64,000 nucleotides of DNA from Nymphaea colorata (GCF_008831285.2 NC_045138.2:23560001-23624000); one strand, 5' to 3'. Positions 26,101 through 39,729 are shown, counted from the stretch's first letter. Numbers and translations: made by a program. Notes: generated by a model not told the origin, from the sequence alone.

Positions 26101-27615
26101 TTTTGCTTTGTTAGGTAGGTTCTCCTGTTTTCCAGGCTCTAATGCTCCAGTAAGTTTCTCTTGATGTGGTTGTCATATGACTGAAATTTTTAACTATGTT
26201 GGGCCAATATCTTCCTTTTTAAAAAATTGTCATTCAACTTTTTTCAGTGCATCATTTTGAACAAGGTTAGGAAAAAATATTTGGTTAAGGTGGATTTGGG
26301 TTGTCAATTTTTAACTTCTGTCATTCTATGGGTAAACTTTTTTATGAACATGTAGTCCATGTCTTTTCATGTAAATCCATACATCATCTTATCAGCCAAC
26401 AAGGTTCAGCTTAAATGTATGGAGTCGATCCTGAAATTGCCATTATAGAAAATAATATAGCTTTTCTGAGCATATCTAACTGATAGTTGTAGTGTGCAGG
26501 ATCATCAGATCTTCCCAAATCCTGTTATTGTCAAATCTAAGTCAAAGTTCAACAAAAGAAAAATTGTTTGATGAAGGAAAAGGAAATCTACAGTTGAACT
26601 TGAAGATATTATACCTTTGATAGTGAAAAAAAGTGAAAGGACCTCTATGTTTGACATAAAATCAGTTTCCTATGCACAAAATTGGGCCCAAACTGTGTTG
26701 CTCCCCTTGTGCGCATAAGAGTGACCTGACAAAGATGACTCTTGAAAGCAAGTTGGAGTCCTGTATGAGGGACTTTTAAAGCCCAAGTTTGAGAAAAGGA
26801 CCAGGCCATATTGCACGAAACTAAGTTACATGGGTGCACCAAATATGGTGGTGCACCCACGTCGACTTGGGTGCACCAGCGGGTGTGGCCCAACACAGGA
26901 CCCAACTCAGTCCAGTCGGGTGCTGCTGACCGCACCCGTTCTTTTATCTTTTTTTTATTTTTTATATTTTTTTCCTTCTCTTATCTTTCCCTCTTCCTTA
27001 TTTCCTCTTCTCTCTCCTCCCCTATTTTATTTAATAAAACTTTGAATTTTGTATGAGATTAAGCTTGATAAAAAAGTTTACAAATATAGACAAGTAAAAT
27101 TATATATATATATGTATGTGCCCTCACCGCACCCATACCCAATTTTTTTTGGGAACTTGCTGCATCTCGCACCAGCACTGGCCAGCCGCACCCATGTGAC
27201 ATAGGCACAAAATGTACAATATTATACTGTATCATATGGGTTTTACGCCAACATTACACATCCAAAGATAGTTTCAGGGGTCTGTCATTGATTTTCAGGT
27301 CAATTACTTAACATTAAGTTGATACAAATAGCAATAGTCACACACACAAACAAACATACAATCTATATTAAAAGCTTTATCCAGGGCCTAGGGGATAAGT
27401 AGAGCCTAGGCATGACTGAGTTGGAGTTAGTGCTTCAAACGGTATTAAAAGAAGAAAAAAGAGAACCATAAAAACTAATAAAATGCAATGCCAAGTGTTA
27501 GATATAATCACATATATAAACATGTGTACAGTAACATAGAGATTGTTAAAATAATAAAAAAATGATTCAAATAAATACACTCACATTAAGTCACACACAC
27601 ACACACACACACACA

Positions 27616-27660
<45 letters not shown>

Positions 27661-27730
27661 CAGGCACACATTCGGCACATTCGGCTGCATGTGGGAGAGG
27701 CCCAAGTATCCAATGGCTGGAGGATTTCAG

Positions 27731-27774
<44 letters not shown>

Positions 27775-30700
27775 ATGTTCAATAGGAGATGAGTGCGTTC
27801 CAGAGAATGTTTATGCCTTGCTGGGGAAAACAGCCGCTCGTTGGATGCCAGAAATTGATGGATGCTTAGATGCCGGAAGCAGCAGAAGAGCCTTCATCTT
27901 TGGTCAAAGTAAAAAGGATGCCCTAAATTTTGGATAACTGCAACTGACACGGTCAGAGCTGCACCTGAGATGTGTCCAGAGCTGCACCTGTAACCGAACC
28001 TGTGTTGGGTTGTATCGACAGTGGTATGCCACCCTTTTACAGTGTCCTTGTTACATAGGGCAGAATCTGTTGCTTGAATGAAAATAGATGTTGTTGAATC
28101 ATATTAGGCAGTTGACTATGCACTCTTTTACCAAAAAAAAAAAATCCTTAAGGGGCCGTTTGATGCCCTGGAAATTTACTGTAGCAGTGGAAAAAAATTT
28201 CAAAATTTTAAAATTTTTCCTTCTCATCAAACTTAGAATTTTTTTTTTACCGTTAAAAGTGGAAACGGCAAAATATTTCTGGAAAAATTTTTCCAGCCAG
28301 AGGGGTGGAAAAATTTTTCAAGAAATATTTTTTTGACCGTTGGAGGAGGAAGGGAAGGAAGGAGGGAGGAGGAAGGAGGAGGAGGAAGGGAAGGAAGGAG
28401 GGAGGAGGAAGGAGGAAGGGAAGGAATGAGGGAGGAGGAAGGAGGAAGAGGAAGGGAAGGAGGGAGGAGGAAGAAGGGAAAGAGGGAGGAGGAGGAGGAA
28501 GGGAAGGATGGAGGAGAAAGAAGGGGAGGAGGGCACGGTGAGGAGGGAAGGAGAAGAGGGAAAGAAGGGGAAGAGGGAGAAGAGGGGAAGAAGGGGAGGA
28601 GGGCATGTGAGGGGAAGAGGGGAAGAAGGGGAAGAAGGGGAAGAGGGAGAAGATGGAGGAGAGGGGAAGAAGGGGAGGAGGGCACGAGGAGGGAAGGAGA
28701 AGAGGGGAAGAAGGGAAGAGGGGAAGAGGGCACACTAGGGGAAGGAGAAGAGGGGAAGAAGGGGAAGAAGGGGAAGAGGGAGAAGAGGGGAAGAAGGGGA
28801 GGAGGGCACGTGAGGGCACCTCCCCACGTCCCCCGCCGCCGCCGATGGCACCATCCCCGCCGCCGCCGATGGCACCGCCTTACGCCTCTTCCCCAAAATC
28901 CTCCCTCCTTCCTTTCCCTTCCCTTCCTCCTCCTTCCCTTCTTCCTCCTCCTTCCCTTCCCTTCCCCTCTTCATCCTCCTCCCTTCTCTTCCCTTCTTCC
29001 CCCTTCTTCCTCCTCCCTCCTCCCCTTCCCTTCCCTTCTTCCTCCTCCTCCTCCTCCTCCTTCCCTTCCCTTCCCTTTCCTTCCCTTCTTCCATTTCTAC
29101 CAAACGACGAAATTTCTTTCCGGAAAAATATTTATTACTTAACAAACACAAGCTTGTTTTGGAAATATAGAAATTTTTTTCCTATTTCTCAATTTCAGAA
29201 ATATATTTCTGGAAATTTTTTTCCGTTTCCATGGTTTCCAGCCATCAAACGGCCCCTAAGAGTGTTTTTTTGAGACCTTGGTAAAAACATATTTTGTAAT
29301 TATAGGTGTTCTTTAATTGATCTGAAGCCTTGAATGTGTTTTTCAACAAATGTTTAGTATAAAATGCTTATTAGGTCAAAGGTATTTAATGTCAGCATGC
29401 ATTTCCTAGAGAAGTTAAACCCAATGGATTTAAGTGAGCTACAAACTTTGGGGACGAAGTTTTCAAGATTTCGTACTGCCTATACATTCACTGCATGTTC
29501 TTGAGTAAATTAACAATGAAGAAACATTAAATCATTTAGATAAAATGCAATGTGCTTTTCAATGGCCTGGCTGGAGAAGATCATTAGGAGCCATTTCACA
29601 TGTTATATGCTTTTGATGATGATCTGTCTTGGATCTTTCAAAATGCTGAATTGATCATACTGCAGGTTTTTCTTTTCTTTGCTACATCTTATGTAGGGCT
29701 TGTTCTACGAGGTTAAAAGTATTAGGTGAAGCCTAGTTAATCAGTAGAACTTAGAGCCTAGGTGCACTAGGCTGCAGTATACGCTTAAGGGGGGCCCAAA
29801 AAAAATGCAAAACTAATAAAATGCAATGCAAGATATTATTATATATAGTCACCTATATAAACACATCCACAGTTTCAGTCACATAAAGATTGTTAAAATA
29901 ATGCAAAATGATTCAAATAAATGCATACGCAGTCACTAGATTACATTGTTAAAAGCATTACATTTAACCTAGGCAGTTGGATGAGCCTAGAGCCTGGCAG
30001 GACTAGGCACATAGTATGGCCCAACTTCAAAAAGTGAAACCAATAAAATGCAGCACTAATTGTTGAAATTAATAACAAAGCTGACATTTCTCGGTGGAAA
30101 ACTTATAACTATCAACTTATAAAAAAAAATTAGATGGATGACAATGCAAACATATTGAACCTTTAAGAACATGATAATAAACATCATTAAAAGTTTGAAA
30201 AATCGAATTTAATGAAGTTAAACAACTAAATATACAAGTCATATCAGGTTAGAAGTGAATACCAATGGTTTTCAGCGTTATAGGGCATTCAAAAACCTTA
30301 CCATTTTCTAAATGCTGACTGCCAAATCTCTAATTATAATTTCCAAAAGTGAAATTCTGAAAGAAAACCTATGCTTACTACTCTAATTTAAGAAAAGGAG
30401 GGAACATAAAATCCTCAATATAATCATATTTCATATTAACATTGCTTTTGTAAAAATGCCTTTTTATTGTAATTCTAATAACCAAGAAAGTGTGAAGAAG
30501 AAATGCATATATATGTGGCAGTTAAAATAATATACAGCACTCAAAGTATAGTAGTATATGAAATTATGAATTATAATTGTAACTATAAGTGCGCATGCAC
30601 AGATATATTTTTTAATTTTAAGTCACAAGCAACAACAAAAAATTGAATGTACAAAAACAGAATAAGAAAATAAGTTTCTGGTTCAAAAAAGGGAAAATAA

Positions 30701-32579
30701 TAAGAAAAAAAAAACAAAATTTTAGGTTGTCAGAGAAAGTACCTAAGCTATTGAGGGTCTCATTGAGTCTAGGCATCCTAGGAAATGTTCTTGGTGTTCT
30801 CAGATGGTAGGTGGCCTAAAACCAGGTAGCCTGGTGGTCAGCTGAGCCTGAGACACCAGGCGAGCCTTTGACCATATAGTGCCTATTGAGGATCATCATG
30901 TGTCACATATATGAAGATACACTTTTTGTGCTATCTGCTCTATCACTAACATATCAGATCTGAGGGATCAAACCTGGTATTCCAATCATAGGCAGTGTTG
31001 AATATTGAACCATCTGATTGGGCATCATTGCCTAAGCTTTTTATTATCACACTGCCATTTAGAGTGCCTTGAGAATCCCTAGACTTTCTTGTGTGTAGAT
31101 TCCCGTTCTCAACAATTCCTTAGAAGATATGGTGCACACTATACAAGGACCTGGTATATGGGAGCAAGAGAATTTCAAGATGGCGATCAGGACCTTAATC
31201 TCCATTGCAGTTCTGATTCAATGGATGTACTTTTGATGCTCTTTATAATTGGATCATAAGAGGCTTTTTGTGAGGTTGCTGTCAAACTTCAGTTCTAAAC
31301 CTTCATAGCTAATAAATAATGTCTTAGGTCCTAAACTACTGTTTTAATTGAATAATTGATGGCTTTTCTCTTCCCAGGTTTGGTTTTGGTATATCCAGTT
31401 GATTATGTTTGTTTTGGCTGGATGGTTGACGTAAGTTATCTTGCTAGGATGCAATCAAATTCTAGCATGATATAAACACAAGGGATTGGGCTTAATGAAA
31501 AAGGTTATATATGCTTTAATCCGCCTATGCACCTTATCTGCAGCTTCTTCTGGTTTTCAATCTCTCATTAGTTGTGTTTACAGTGACATTAAATTTTTGT
31601 TTCATGTAGATTTCATCAGCTGTCTGAATTTGACCAAGGAAAGCGCAGCTGCCGTAGACGTTTGGCCGGCCATAATGCACGTCGCAGGAAGCCACCACAT
31701 GGTTCAGCATCATCCCACTTTGGACGATTTTCGTCTCTCTATGGTAAGTATCCGTTGTGTTAATGGTATCTCGTGCAGGTAGCTTACCTAGTTCACTTGA
31801 ATGTGTAGTTGAATGCATCTGCAGAAACCGCACTGATTTTGCTCACTATGACAGAGGACAGCAGAATTGGACTCTTGACAGACTTTACCTTCCCAAGGCA
31901 GGCTGGGAAAGATGTTTGGCCAACCATCAGAGCCAGTGAACGTGTACCAAACCAAGTTCAATCTACTGAAAAATATGCTCCACATGTCTGGCCAGCAGAT
32001 GCGCCTACTGCTGACATTTTGTCTCCAGGAGTCCATCCATTTTTACAAGGCTTACCTGGTGGGTCCAGCTTTTCCGGCCAGGAAATTTCATCAAGCGGTT
32101 GTTTCTCAGGAGTCTCCAACCAAGGTTGTGCTCTCTCTCTTCTGTCACCCCAGCCATTGGGATTAAAAGGCCGGGCTTCAGGCCTTATTTCTGTTAACCA
32201 CTTCATCAATGAGGAAGATGCTGCTATAGCTCCATGCCCTGGTGCTCAGCCCTGCTCTGGTGTCAATGCTGACAAGCTGCTTACAGTTTCATCACAATGG
32301 TCTGCACCATTTCCTTCATTTAGTGCATACCCTCCAACTGCCATTCTGGAGCCGCTTTCACCTGCTAGGACCAGGGGTAGTGGATGGAATTTCAGAGGCA
32401 ATGAAGGCTCAAATTCTCAGGACATCCAGTCTGAACTGGACTTGAAGCAAGTATCAGAATTGCATGGCAGCCAATTTCCTGGTGAGCTCGAGTTGGTGCC
32501 ACAAGGAGGTAGGTTGATGGACCCTGGACACTTGAGGTCATTTGGCCCTTCTAATCATAATCCGCACTGGGGTCTGTAG
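23117..32579 (+). CDS. SPL9: SQUAMOSA promoter-binding-like transcription factor, SPL9/SPL15/OsSPL14-17 (IPA1)-like; 3 exons
   Basis: Exons 23117-23538, 31610-31743 and 31855 (or 31825)-32579. SBP domain [75 protein letters not shown]. Also [12 protein letters not shown], the ALSLLS miR156 motif and a C-terminal HWGL. The true start may be 23061 (see findings). Confidence 0.9.
26821..27205. mobile_element. MITE (GGGTGC/GCACCC family) in SPL intron 1
   Basis: Ends ctaagttacatgggtgc and gcacccatgtgacatag are imperfect inverted repeats. A related copy lies at 51642-52205. Confidence 0.7.
27380..27590. repeat. Dispersed repeat fragment, with a second copy at ~29750-29930
   Basis: Shared aaaactaataaaatgcaatgc...agattgttaaaataat...aaatgattcaaataaat and GAGCCTAGG motifs. 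Confidence 0.65.
28152..29256. mobile_element. PIF/Harbinger (Tourist-like) MITE with polypurine/polypyrimidine interior
   Basis: TIRs GGGGCCGTTTGATG / CATCAAACGGCCCC, with TAA target-site duplication at 28149-28151 and 29257-29259. Confidence 0.9.
32123..32147 (+). promoter_or_regulatory. miR156 target site (32128-32147) overlapping a miR529 site (32123-32143)
   Basis: GTGCTCTCTCTCTTCTGTCA is the canonical miR156 response element. AGGTTGTGCTCTCTCTCTTCT pairs with miR529. Confidence 0.92.
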
Positions 32580-33606
32580 CATGGTCCCTCATTAGCAATG
32601 GATTGAATGCTTCTTTTTCGGGTTTCCGATATTTTGGAGAACACTGTTATTGGTCAAGTAAGAGCTCAGTGTAGTTCGCACTTGCATTTGATCGTCCATG
32701 ATATGGAACATCATCTTTGGACTTTCTTTATTTGACTTTGCACTCTTTTGCCATGGTCTCGTGTGTCTGTTATACACCGTGAACCGGTTTATCTTATAGC
32801 CTCCAGTAGTAATTGCTATCATGATCTCTGTGATGACCTCGCTGAGTTTTGCATGTTGGCGACGAGCATCGTTCTAGCACACTCTGTGATCCATGCAATA
32901 AGCGGGGACAACGGGCAGCATGGAATCTCCTGGAGTTATGGAGATCCTTGTAGCTCACTGTGTTGGGAAGTCCCGTCATTTAGCTCCGTTTTCCCCTCTA
33001 TATGTAACTCTTTTTGGTGCGGACAATAATGACTTCCAATGGCGAAGGATCTCCCCTACCTTCAAGCCATGCCCTCAACTGTGCACCCTGTCTGCTACTC
33101 GAGTGCTTCTGCAAAATCGTACTATAGAGATGGACTTTTTGTGGTTCATTTACTATGTTGCCTAGATCACTTAAATTGTATCCATGTATTACATTTTTCG
33201 TAGAAGTCAACAATTGTGGATGTGAAGTTTTTGAGATGACAAAGGCCTTTCTGCTGAAAATGTATTATTTGACGGTCAACTGAGAGGACCTAAGCTCTAC
33301 TCTGGGTAGGTGCATGATTAAGCGTATATGGGTAGAAGATGATGGGATCCCTCAGCAGTTGGTGGTTTCAAGGTGAAGAGCTTTGAAGAGTTAGATAAGT
33401 GTTTGCAGGTCTCCCATCCAAACATGGAGGTCATGAAGGGAACTCCTTGTTCAATGGAGAAAAAGGATGATAGTGAATCTTGACAAGGCAAAAAAAGATG
33501 GTGGACTGTTGACCGCAATCATACTTGATATGCCCCTGTATAACATTCACTGGTTAATAAACCGTAAGGGGAATGAACGCAGCAACTTCCAGTGCCAAAG
33601 CCCTTG

Positions 33607-33690
33607 AAAGGCTAGATCCAAAACTTTGTCAGTGTTCGTGCAGAAACCAAAGGCTAGATCCAAAACTTTGTCAGTGTTCGTGCAGAAACC
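33607..33690. repeat. Perfect 42 bp tandem duplication
   Basis: aaaggctagatccaaaactttgtcagtgttcgtgcagaaacc x2. Confidence 0.95.
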
Positions 33691-35979
33691 AAAAGGAGAA
33701 AGGAAAGACAACATAAAATCATATACTCCTTTGATAAAATGCCACTTCCACATTTTTCAAGTTTAGGTCAATCCTAGGAGTTGTTTGGCAGTAGGGGCAC
33801 TAGTGAAAGTCCCATGAATCTATCACATGGTTGGAGTAGATTCATGAAATATTAGTTCTAGTATTTTATGAATGGTTAACAACCACAAACTCACTAAGCA
33901 TATTCTAAAAAAGGTTGCCTCCTATCCTTGGGTTTCCTGATCCTAGAGGAGTCTTCGCCGCAAACATGGTCTAGTATGCTAGGAGATATCTTGGCACACT
34001 GCACGAGGGAGAGAGGAGAAAGAGAGAGAGAGGCCATTATGTAAATTATGGTGAGGCTATAATATCAATCCGTGCTTCTGGCCTCGACTGATGACGTGAA
34101 AAGTCATCATCAACAACAGATCTTTCTTCGCAGCAGATGCAAACTCAAATACAGCGACCTTGTGATACAAATGCAAACTCAAATACAGCGACCAGAAAGG
34201 AAAACCAACAACTATGGCAGCTGCAATATCCAATTTTGCAACTAACAGTCTGATCATAAATGAGAGTGGTTCAAGTGAAGTGGCATTTGAGTTCACGTTG
34301 GAGAAGTGCCTCCAACTCCCTTCCTTAATGATATTCAATTATTTATCCCCATGTCAACTTAATGCTTCTAGTACCCATTTTTGGGTGGTAGACTCGGGTA
34401 GACATATGTTCTTGGTTAAGTAAATTTGACTGCATCCACCGAATTAATTTTGTTCTAGCCAAGTTACCAAATGGAAAATTATGTGAACGCTGTCCATCAA
34501 GGATAATTATCCACTTGTTCATAATTGCATCTACACAATATTCGTTGTCTTCCCAGATTTCCAATTTGTTTTTTTATCAAACACTCATTGATTAAAACTG
34601 TCAACTATTTGATCATATTCTTTGCCACTTATTCTACTACATAGGACATTGTGTTGCGAATTATAATGAAGCAGGTGAAGAGGGAGGAGACTTGCATTTC
34701 TCAAGCATAACAGCCTGTGAAATCCATATTAATTTCTAGTAGGATCATTTAGGATGTGTTTTATTTGTTGTATAGAACTGCTAGATGATAACGTCTTGAA
34801 TTTAAGTCAACAAAGAGAGTTTTTGTGATCTTGGTATGGGGACAAACAACTCATTTGAACTTTAATTTTCATCAAATTTCAACAAAAATAATACATTCTG
34901 ACACTTAAGGACCCTATACTTCACAATCATTAATGGGGTGCTCCCTCTTTTTTGAGCATTGCTATTGACGGTTTACTATTCATGGAGTAGTGAGCCTTTC
35001 TCATGAGACAATAAACAGAAGTTCACAAGAGAAAGTTTTTAGCTGGGGTCCAAGTTAATTCAATACTCATGTAAAAGCATTAGATTTGGTAATGGTGTAA
35101 AATTTTTCCTTGGCATGAGTACTTTTTGAAAAATTTTGGCATTATACGTCAATGTAGCTGTAGTGCTTTTTCGCGACAGGTAGTAGGTAGTAGTTGGACA
35201 CAATATAGCTATAGGCACTTGCAGTTGCTTGAGCCCTTTTCCATTTTTCCTACAGAGACAGTAACCACTTAACTTATCAACGAAACTCCTAACAAGAAAC
35301 TAGTCTCTTAGCATCTACGAGTGTTTGTCTTTCTAACAAATTTGCGTTTCATGAATTTCAATCCAAGGTCTAGAAATGTCCATAGACTATCCATACGGAC
35401 AAAAAGTTTCTAGGCTCCACAACTTACATTAACATCAAATCAGACGTAGGAATGTAAATTTTCTTGAGAATCCCTTTAAAAGTGTGCCAGGAAAATGACC
35501 ACAGTCGTATCTGTTTGCTGCCACAAATTTTTTGCATCTCATGACTTTGGTGTCCCTTTTAATCCTTTCAGAAACAAAACTATAAACTCAGTGTGTCCTA
35601 TAATATGATCAATAACCTGATTTCAGCCATCATCAATACTTATCAATCTGTAAGGGATCAATTAAAATCCGGATCACTCTCAAATTGGAACCTGGTATCA
35701 AAATGTCATTCAAAGTTCATTGTGATGAGAGGTAAAGCTAAAAAGTACAAGATTTCGTCTTGACAACTTAGTAATGTTTCTTACATCATCATTGTACTTC
35801 TTTGTTACCCACACCTACCAAAGAAACTAATAAAGAATGATAATCATATTTTTTTATTTTTTCATGAGATATATATGCTTTGTATGTGTTTGTCCATTAA
35901 AATATCATGTTTACTTATTTTGCTTGTTTAAAATAAGAAATACCAAGTTTGTCCAAATTAGTTATATTCGAGGCATTTA

Positions 35980-36274
35980 GGGGTGCATTTGATATTCTTG
36001 GATTTGAGCTCAGAGATTTATCTGAAATCTATTTTATGTGGTGCTTACAGAGTAAACAAACACTGGATTTCACTACTATGTAAGAAAAAGGATTTGCGAT
36101 CCTCATTATTTGTCCAAAACCTTAACTTTGAGGCAGATGAGAGAGGGTCTGATCTCAAATCCTCGGATATGAGTTCCCCAGTGATCTCAAATCCTAGGGT
36201 GATCTCAAATCCTCAGATATAAGATCCCGAGTGATCTCAACTTGGATCTGAGATGAGAGGTAACAAATGCCCCC
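35980..36274. mobile_element. Tourist-like MITE
   Basis: Imperfect TIRs GGGGTGCATTTG / CAAATGCCCCC flanked by TTA on both sides, with internal GATCTCAAATCC repeats. Confidence 0.75.
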
Positions 36275-37407
36275 TTATGGCTTTTAGGACCCAAACATAG
36301 TGAGGACTAGGTGTCAACCTAGTTCTGAACATCAAAGTAGATGAATTGGACCCCAAAAACCCATTCCCAAGCCAAGATCAATGAATTTCTTGATTAAATA
36401 TTTCAGGATTTGGTTTTAGAAGCAGGTTATATCTAGGGTTTCCCCAAAGGAACTTGATGATTTTTAATACATTTTGAAAGGAAGTTTCTCCAAATACTAT
36501 GGGCAGCTTCTCTAGTTGGGATATATTAGAAATGAGTGAGGAACTATGAAATCATCTTGAAATAGGAGTCGAAGGGTCTAATTGTTTTCCTTCACATTGA
36601 TTTTTAATTATGATATACTTCTTCCATTTAGAATAACATTTTTAGGGTTTTAGCTTCCATTGAGTATTTTCATTCTTTTTTTTCACGTTCTAATTACATT
36701 AGATTTCACTCTGCTTTGCTTTGCACTGTCGTCCAAGTCCAACATAGCCAATCAGGTTTTCTTTTAATTGAATTTTGTTTTATTTAATCATTGTTGATTA
36801 ATTTCTTGTTATTTCTGCCACTACGAGTTACTCTCCAATATATTAGGTGATCTTCAGTCTTTATCATGTTTTAAATCTGTTCCAAGTAGTCTTAAATGGG
36901 TTTCTGAAGAGGGCACTAGCTACATAAAAGCTGTCTTTGTTTTGTCGGCTAAATATGGTTAGCTTAAATTGTTAGATATGAGTATTAGAATAGAGACTAT
37001 AGCATTATATGTGCTTAATTATAATTTAATTTGGTTTAGCTCTTAAAACTACTATCCAAATTTACCTGTCTAAAATTAAACACGATAGCTATCAATAAAG
37101 ACTTAACTACAAACACACCATCACACAAAGAAGGACAAGGATGCAGCTGCAAGGAATGGAAACCTACCATTTCTTCAACAATAAATTAACAACTGAATTT
37201 CTCAAGCTGATAAGCCTGCTTAACTTGATGGAACACCCTCATATTCATCATCTTGCTATGAAAGTCAAGACAAGAACAAGGTAGACCACATCGCGTGGGG
37301 GAAACAGAAATCAGAAGGTTGACTTGCCACTCCCATTCCCTAACGTAAACAGTCTATCATTACAGACATGTTTAAGGTAAAGAGCAAGGAGGTAGCAGTA
37401 GGGAAAT

Positions 37408-37775
37408 TAGGGATGTTCAATGAATCAAGCTAACTTGGGCACCACTTGAATTTGCTCGATAAATTCGAATTGAACTCGATTCATTTATTAAACAAATTGA
37501 GTTCGAGTTAAGAAATGAATTCAATCACATAAACAAGTTGAGCTCGAATTAAACGGGTTTGGCATGATTAAACTCGAAAAGGAGCATATACATAATATGT
37601 CCCACAATATTATCACTAAAGGTAGATGGTTCACATGGATATGCATGAGTCCTCAGCTTGAGCTTAACAGTTTCAGTTTTTAGAGCTTGAGTGGAGCCAA
37701 GCTAGAGCCAATGAACTCGAACTCAGCTCGAGTTTTGTCTTAGGACACTCGGTCCAAGTTTATGAACAGCCCTAA
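37408..37775. mobile_element. CTCGA-rich non-autonomous element (hAT-like ends)
   Basis: Ends tagggatgttca / tgaacagcccta are inverted repeats, with internal GAGCTCGA motifs. Confidence 0.65.
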
Positions 37776-38807
37776 GGGAAATGCAATGAAGAAATGATTC
37801 TGGAAGGGACAGACCAATCAATGAGGGAGCAAGAAAATTAGATTCCATAGCTTTTTGTCTTTCCTGGCTTAAAACAATTTTGAAACCAACATGCAAAACA
37901 ATACTAAACATAATAATTAAAAACAGTCAAACATATTTTTTATTTGCATCCCAAATTTTTTTTGGTTTTTGGAATGCTTCAGAAAATTAGTTTTCATAGG
38001 AAAAAGGAGACTCGCCCATTGGTATGGGGATTGGCTATTCCCAATTTCCCAGCGCCTTTACCAGAGGTAATGAATTTAAGGGCTAGGTTTATTCTTAATG
38101 CATTTTATTTTCACTTAAACATCTTTATCCTAAATACAATGTGATGCTTGACAATAGTTTTTGAAAATTGATATCTAAAAAACTTTTGGATGAGAAATTT
38201 TTGAAGTATCATTTGAGAGAATAGACCATTTTGATTTGATAGACTTTTGAATAAAAAAATCTTCACAAGTATTATTTGAAAATCTTTGGAAACCAATGTT
38301 GATATTTGAAAGATTTCTTTTGGAATCAATTTAGTGTTGCACTAAAATCTTAAGTATGTTTGAAATTTTACTCTAATTTGGTTACTACCTAACTAGAGTT
38401 CTATCTCATCTTGCTTTAAGTTCTTTTAAAAAGTGTTTGTGGTTATTTATGAATGTCATGAGTGATTGTGAATGCATTGATTATACATGCTTGAAAATAA
38501 ATCGTTCATTCTTACCATAACATTCATGTAAAAACATTCATACCATCAAATGCATCTAGATTTCCTACACTTGCTTGCATATCCTCCATCATTTTATCAA
38601 AAATATTCTTGTAAATAAAAATATTTTTGAAAGTGAAGTGACATTGTAGACCATCAACTATGATTCCAACATTAGATCATTACTTGAGTTTTAGTCTTAA
38701 TGAAGTCGATAAATGATAACCAAAATTTTTAGGCCTTAGAAAAGAGACATTTGGAAGAGTGAAAGAGAAAAAAAAGAAAGCGGGAGAGGGAATGATTTTA
38801 GAGAAAA

Positions 38808-38861
<54 letters not shown>

Positions 38862-39427
38862 TTTGTAAAAAATGATTTTAAGCCAAAAAAGAGAGAAACA
38901 AAGAAATTTTAGAGACGGAAAGAGAGAGATAGAGAAAAAGATTTTAGAAAGAAAGAGAGATATACCCATATGTATATATTTACATATATAAAAAGTTGAT
39001 AAAAAAAATTTAAATCGAAGATAGAGAGAGAAAAAAAATTAAAAAAAGAAAAGACACACACACACACACATATATATATATTAAAATTAAAATCAATATA
39101 TAACTTTGAGCATTTCCAACTTCGATGTTTCTGTATAGGCCACAGAGGAACTTGAGCTCATGCAAGAGCCTAGGAAATATATAAGCATGTTAAAATAATA
39201 GTCATTTCATTACAAGGAAACCTATTTATACCATTGTTGGGTATGGAAGAAAATCAAATATACATAAGGTGGAAAGTTAAAAACGTGAGAGAGTTATCCT
39301 TGAGATCCCTACTCGGGTGATTAAGAGAAATAATCAGTACTAAACGTAAGAATGTTATGAAAATGCATTTTAACATATACATATTCGCAAGGGTTTTTAT
39401 AGGTTGGACAAATCTTAACCTCAAAAA

Positions 39428-39729
39428 TTAACACCTATGTCCTCTCTCTCATATATACATTCAGTTGTGTATATTATGAGGTTCCACAATAATATTTATA
39501 TGAATTACATTACAACCGTAAGCCATCATTTGGCTTTACAAGTGTAGCATTTCTTTCTTTATTTGGTTGATTTTTACCGTTGTCACGCTTTTCTTCAAAT
39601 GAACCGTTGGTGGAATGATCTTGGTTGCCTTCACCCATTGATTGTTTTCCATATTTGTTGCCATGTGTATTGCCTTGCATGAGAGTTTCTTGCCTTGAAT
39701 TGCCGTGTGGCTTACCATGTGTCTCAACA
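39428..39729 (-). repeat. Copia 3' LTR (distal ~70 bp missing)
   Basis: Direct repeat of 44053-44339, following the polypurine tract. Confidence 0.85.

Noticed and set aside
28233..29273. Several long Pro/Ser/Leu- or Gly/Glu/Arg-rich ORFs on both strands
   Set aside because: They are by-products of stop-free purine/pyrimidine tracts inside a MITE.
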